Source: Chrysemys picta bellii (Eukaryota). From it: a stretch of DNA of 64,000 bases. Position 1 is the first letter of the stretch, and every line of letters begins with the position of its first letter. The DNA is taken from positions 19,592,001-19,656,000 of the forward strand of contig NC_088791.1 of the NCBI RefSeq assembly GCF_011386835.1, given 5' to 3'. Below, piece after piece: positions 60,739-64,000 of the stretch. The notes beneath the pieces were generated by a model. The model did no database searches, was not told the DNA's origin, and worked only from the letters and a program-made list of their open reading frames with translations. The position numbers and the translations under genes were made by a program.

Positions 60739-63700
60739 AGCTGTGAGCTGAGCAGCAGTGTAGAGGGTGCTGCATGGTGATCTCAGCCCCCATCTCCTGA
60801 GATCTAGGCGTTTAGGATCCCCTAGCCAATTTTACAGGGAACACAAACGCCTCACTGGCCAGACAAATTTTCCATTCATGTTGTTTCCTGTTGCCTGTGT
60901 GTATTTTTCCTGCATAGTGGACAATATGGCCCTTACCACAGGGGTCTCAGTTCATCCATTTGCAAAATAGGAAGAATAATATTTATCTATTGTACCTCAC
61001 AGGGGTGCTGTCAGGCTTAATCCATCAATGTCAGTGAACTGGTTAGAACGTGCTACATATATGTACAAAAAGAACTGGATTGAGCCCATCAATTCATTTT
61101 TTAGGGAATGCTCATCAGATGATGATCAGCAAACCAGTCCTATTCCAAAGCAGTAATCCAGCAGACAAACAGTCCTGTAGAGATTCCCTAACCTTTCTAA
61201 TCCTTGCACAATAATTTAATTCCTTTGCCAAGTCCTTTTGATGCAGTCACAAAGCTGAGGTCATTTTGTCAGACTATGTAAAATGGCTTTGTTATTATAA
61301 TTAACTTTTAGAGACAGCGTACAACAACTTGACACAAAATCCATTAAGGCAAGCTTAATAAATGAAGGCAGTAGAGACTGAAATAAGCACCGGGTGAATG
61401 ACGTTTTTTAACTAATCTCTCAATTTAGTGAAATAATGCAAAATCCAGCAAGGCATTTCAGCCACACTTGGGAGTGGAGACACAAATCCTCATTACTATT
61501 TTTGATATTCAGTGTGACAACATCAATTATGACGACCCCATTTAGTAGTCACATGGACATAATATGTAATTCCAACTTAATTTAGCATCAATCAGCAGAA
61601 AAAAGGATTACCAGGAGTTATAGCTCAATGGAAATAATTTACAGGCTTATCACTGAGATGATATATTAACACTGTTGATATAAAAAAAGAGGGGGGGGGG
61701 AATATTGGCATACGCTGTGACTACAATCATGGATTCACTAGAGATGGAAAAGACCTACTAGGTTACCTGGTTGATCTCCCTGTTAATAGAGGATTGCTCA
61801 TCGTCAATTATGCTTTAAGGGTCAAATCTCGCTCATTGTAGTCACACAAAACATCTACTTCCGTGTCTGCACACAGAGGTTCAGAAAGCTTTGAGGCATA
61901 ATTACTGTAACTCCAGATTATAATAAATTTCTGGGAATATTCTCAAGCCGTTGTCAGAAAGGGCGGTGCACCTGTATTTTAATGTTATTTTTCAGTGGGT
62001 CTGGTGGGGTGCCTACAAGCACACATAAATACTCGAGGCGCTTAAACACCAAAGAGAGAAGAATTGTTTAGTCAGTGACAGAGGATAAGGGTATGACATT
62101 TTTAAAAAATGAAAACTCAGGAAAAATATTGTCGCAGTAAAATGTATTAAGCTGTGGAACACTCTCTCGGGAGACGCTTTCTACAGACAAGAGTCTGGTA
62201 ATTATGTCAAAAAACATATCTGAGCTGTTCAAATTGCATATCACAGGACTGGGTAGCAATAATACCAATCCCTATACACAGGCTAGTGAGAATCACTCAC
62301 TGATTCACAGTGCAGCTCTCTGTTGCATAGTCTATACTCATTCCATGTTCAGAGCTCTCATTGACCTCAATGGGGGTTCTGTGCACAGAAATAGGGCAGA
62401 GTATACAATCGAGACCTGCAATGCTGATGAGTGAAGAGAATTTTGCCTTTGCAGTGTTGATATCTGCTGTGGTACCATTCAGGAAACAGACATTGCCAAT
62501 GGAAACTACTTTTAAATTTCAGCTTTTAGAAGGTACAGAAACATTTTATTTTATTAAATTAAATTATATGTAAGGACAAAATAGTGACTGCTTTCTCTTT
62601 CTAATGGACCCACCTCTGGAGTTTCTAGGTATCATAAGGAAGCAAGTAAAGCATAATTCTGGCAAAAGGGATGGCACTCCCTTTCCTTCCCACATTTTAT
62701 TCTTTAGTTTTTCTTGTTACACGTATCTTGAATGCTGTACAGAATACAGATGACAGGTTATCCAACAAATTATGAAAGATCCGTAGTCATCAGGGGTCAG
62801 CTGTCATGAGGCTTTCTATTTACAGTTCATCTGTCTTACTGTTCGGTAATTGAAGATACATTTTAAAATATCAAGACAAACTGCACATAAGGAAATCACA
62901 CATAATTCTCGCAAAGGATTTACGAGACTACTTTTTTGGCCTCTATAGCAAATCTGTACGCATCATTTTAAACACTTGCCTGGGTATGTTGCTAGTTTTT
63001 GTTGACTCTCTCTGTTCTCCATGCTTGTAGATCTAATTTCAACCTTTTAAACCCATTTTAAGAGACCTTTATTTGCCAGCTTTACAACACACTGTGTCTG
63101 CCTACTCCACAACTCCTCTTTTTACAGTTACAGTTTTTACAGTTATCTTTTAAAGTTTACTATTTCCTGTCTTGTAGTCTATGAAATCAAATCCTTCTTT
63201 CATCTCCTTTATTCCCAGGATTTTGCTTTCTTGCTTAAAACTTTTATGGGAAACTTCCACTCTCCCACCCCATCAAAATAACATTCTTTAAATATTCACA
63301 ATGCATGTTAGCTCCAGTAAATGTCTCTACTACTTCCAGTGCCCACTATTCCCCAGTTACTTTGCTACAGCTTCCTTGGAGGTTCCATGGTTTTAGTAGC
63401 TTCGTTTGAACTGTCCTATAATGTTTCCTTGCATTAGCAATTCACTGCTCACGAACACATGCACGTTCACAAAGACCCAAATCCTGATCCTGTTGAAATC
63501 AATGGGAGTTTTGCAATTAATTACAATGGAACATGGATTTTACTCAAAGATAATTTAGTAGCCAGTATACACCAGGGTTAACATAAGGACTATATACTCT
63601 GATTTCAATGTTGGCACAAAGCTACCACAGATTTGCCAGTTGAAAAGAAAAGCCAATCCAATCCAAGCCATGGCTTTGTCCCTGTTTATCTGAACCAAAC

Positions 63701-64000
63701 CTTTACTATACTATCGACAGGAAATTCACGATTTATTTGTATGCTTATGTTTATGAAAAGCATTCTCCATTTCTTAGAGAGTGACACTAATCTAATAAAA
63801 ATACATACAAATCTGTCTCTTTAAAAAAAAAGGGAAAAGGAAACTTTTTTATTTTGTTTATTTATTATCTGTTCTGTGGCAGCACTAGAAGCCCCAATCA
63901 TGGCCCAGGACACCATTGTGCTAGGCTCTGTAAAATACAGAACAAAAATATGATCCGTGCCCCAAAAAGCTTACAGTCTACGGGCTGGTCCACACTAACC

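Noticed and set aside
61330-61660. Repeat-free, TAAT-rich intronic block as a candidate conserved enhancer (similar blocks near 31640-31900, 45290-45560, 54290-54550)
   Set aside because: Conservation cannot be judged without alignments, and TAAT density alone is expected in AT-rich DNA.
48856-64000. Search for SEMA3A exon 6 (GELYSGTAADFMGRDF...)
   Set aside because: No matching minus-strand sequence found; it presumably lies beyond the window in a long intron 6.

Overview
Vertebrate genomic DNA, very probably a turtle. That inference rests on the repeat families and on sauropsid-type residues in the protein, and the species cannot be fixed from the sequence alone. The window holds the 3' two-thirds of SEMA3A (semaphorin-3A/collapsin-1) on the minus strand. 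I traced 11 coding exons (7-17 by human numbering) by hand. All have GT-AG boundaries and together give 1652 nt that splice into one open frame ending ...RAPRSV-stop. A probable 3'UTR of about 3.9 kb follows; exons 1-6 lie beyond position 64000. Introns and flanks are full of transposon remains: CR1 and RTE LINE fragments, three solo LTRs, CORE-type SINEs, hAT, Harbinger and Tigger-like MITEs (several nested, with readable target-site duplications), and three short Penelope-derived insertions. There is one 133-N assembly gap. I found no rRNA, tRNA, CRISPR array or second protein-coding gene; the other ORFs are repeat-derived or spurious. I cannot claim a new biological system. The best leads are the Penelope-derived inserts, which all begin in or next to a minimal hammerhead-ribozyme fold. 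Other leads are a 19/19 CTCF consensus site in intron 15, a solo LTR 27 nt from the exon 16 donor, a CpG-rich MITE and an RT-like remnant in the probable 3'UTR, a 5'-intact RTE element, and a local inverted duplication of about 140 bp.
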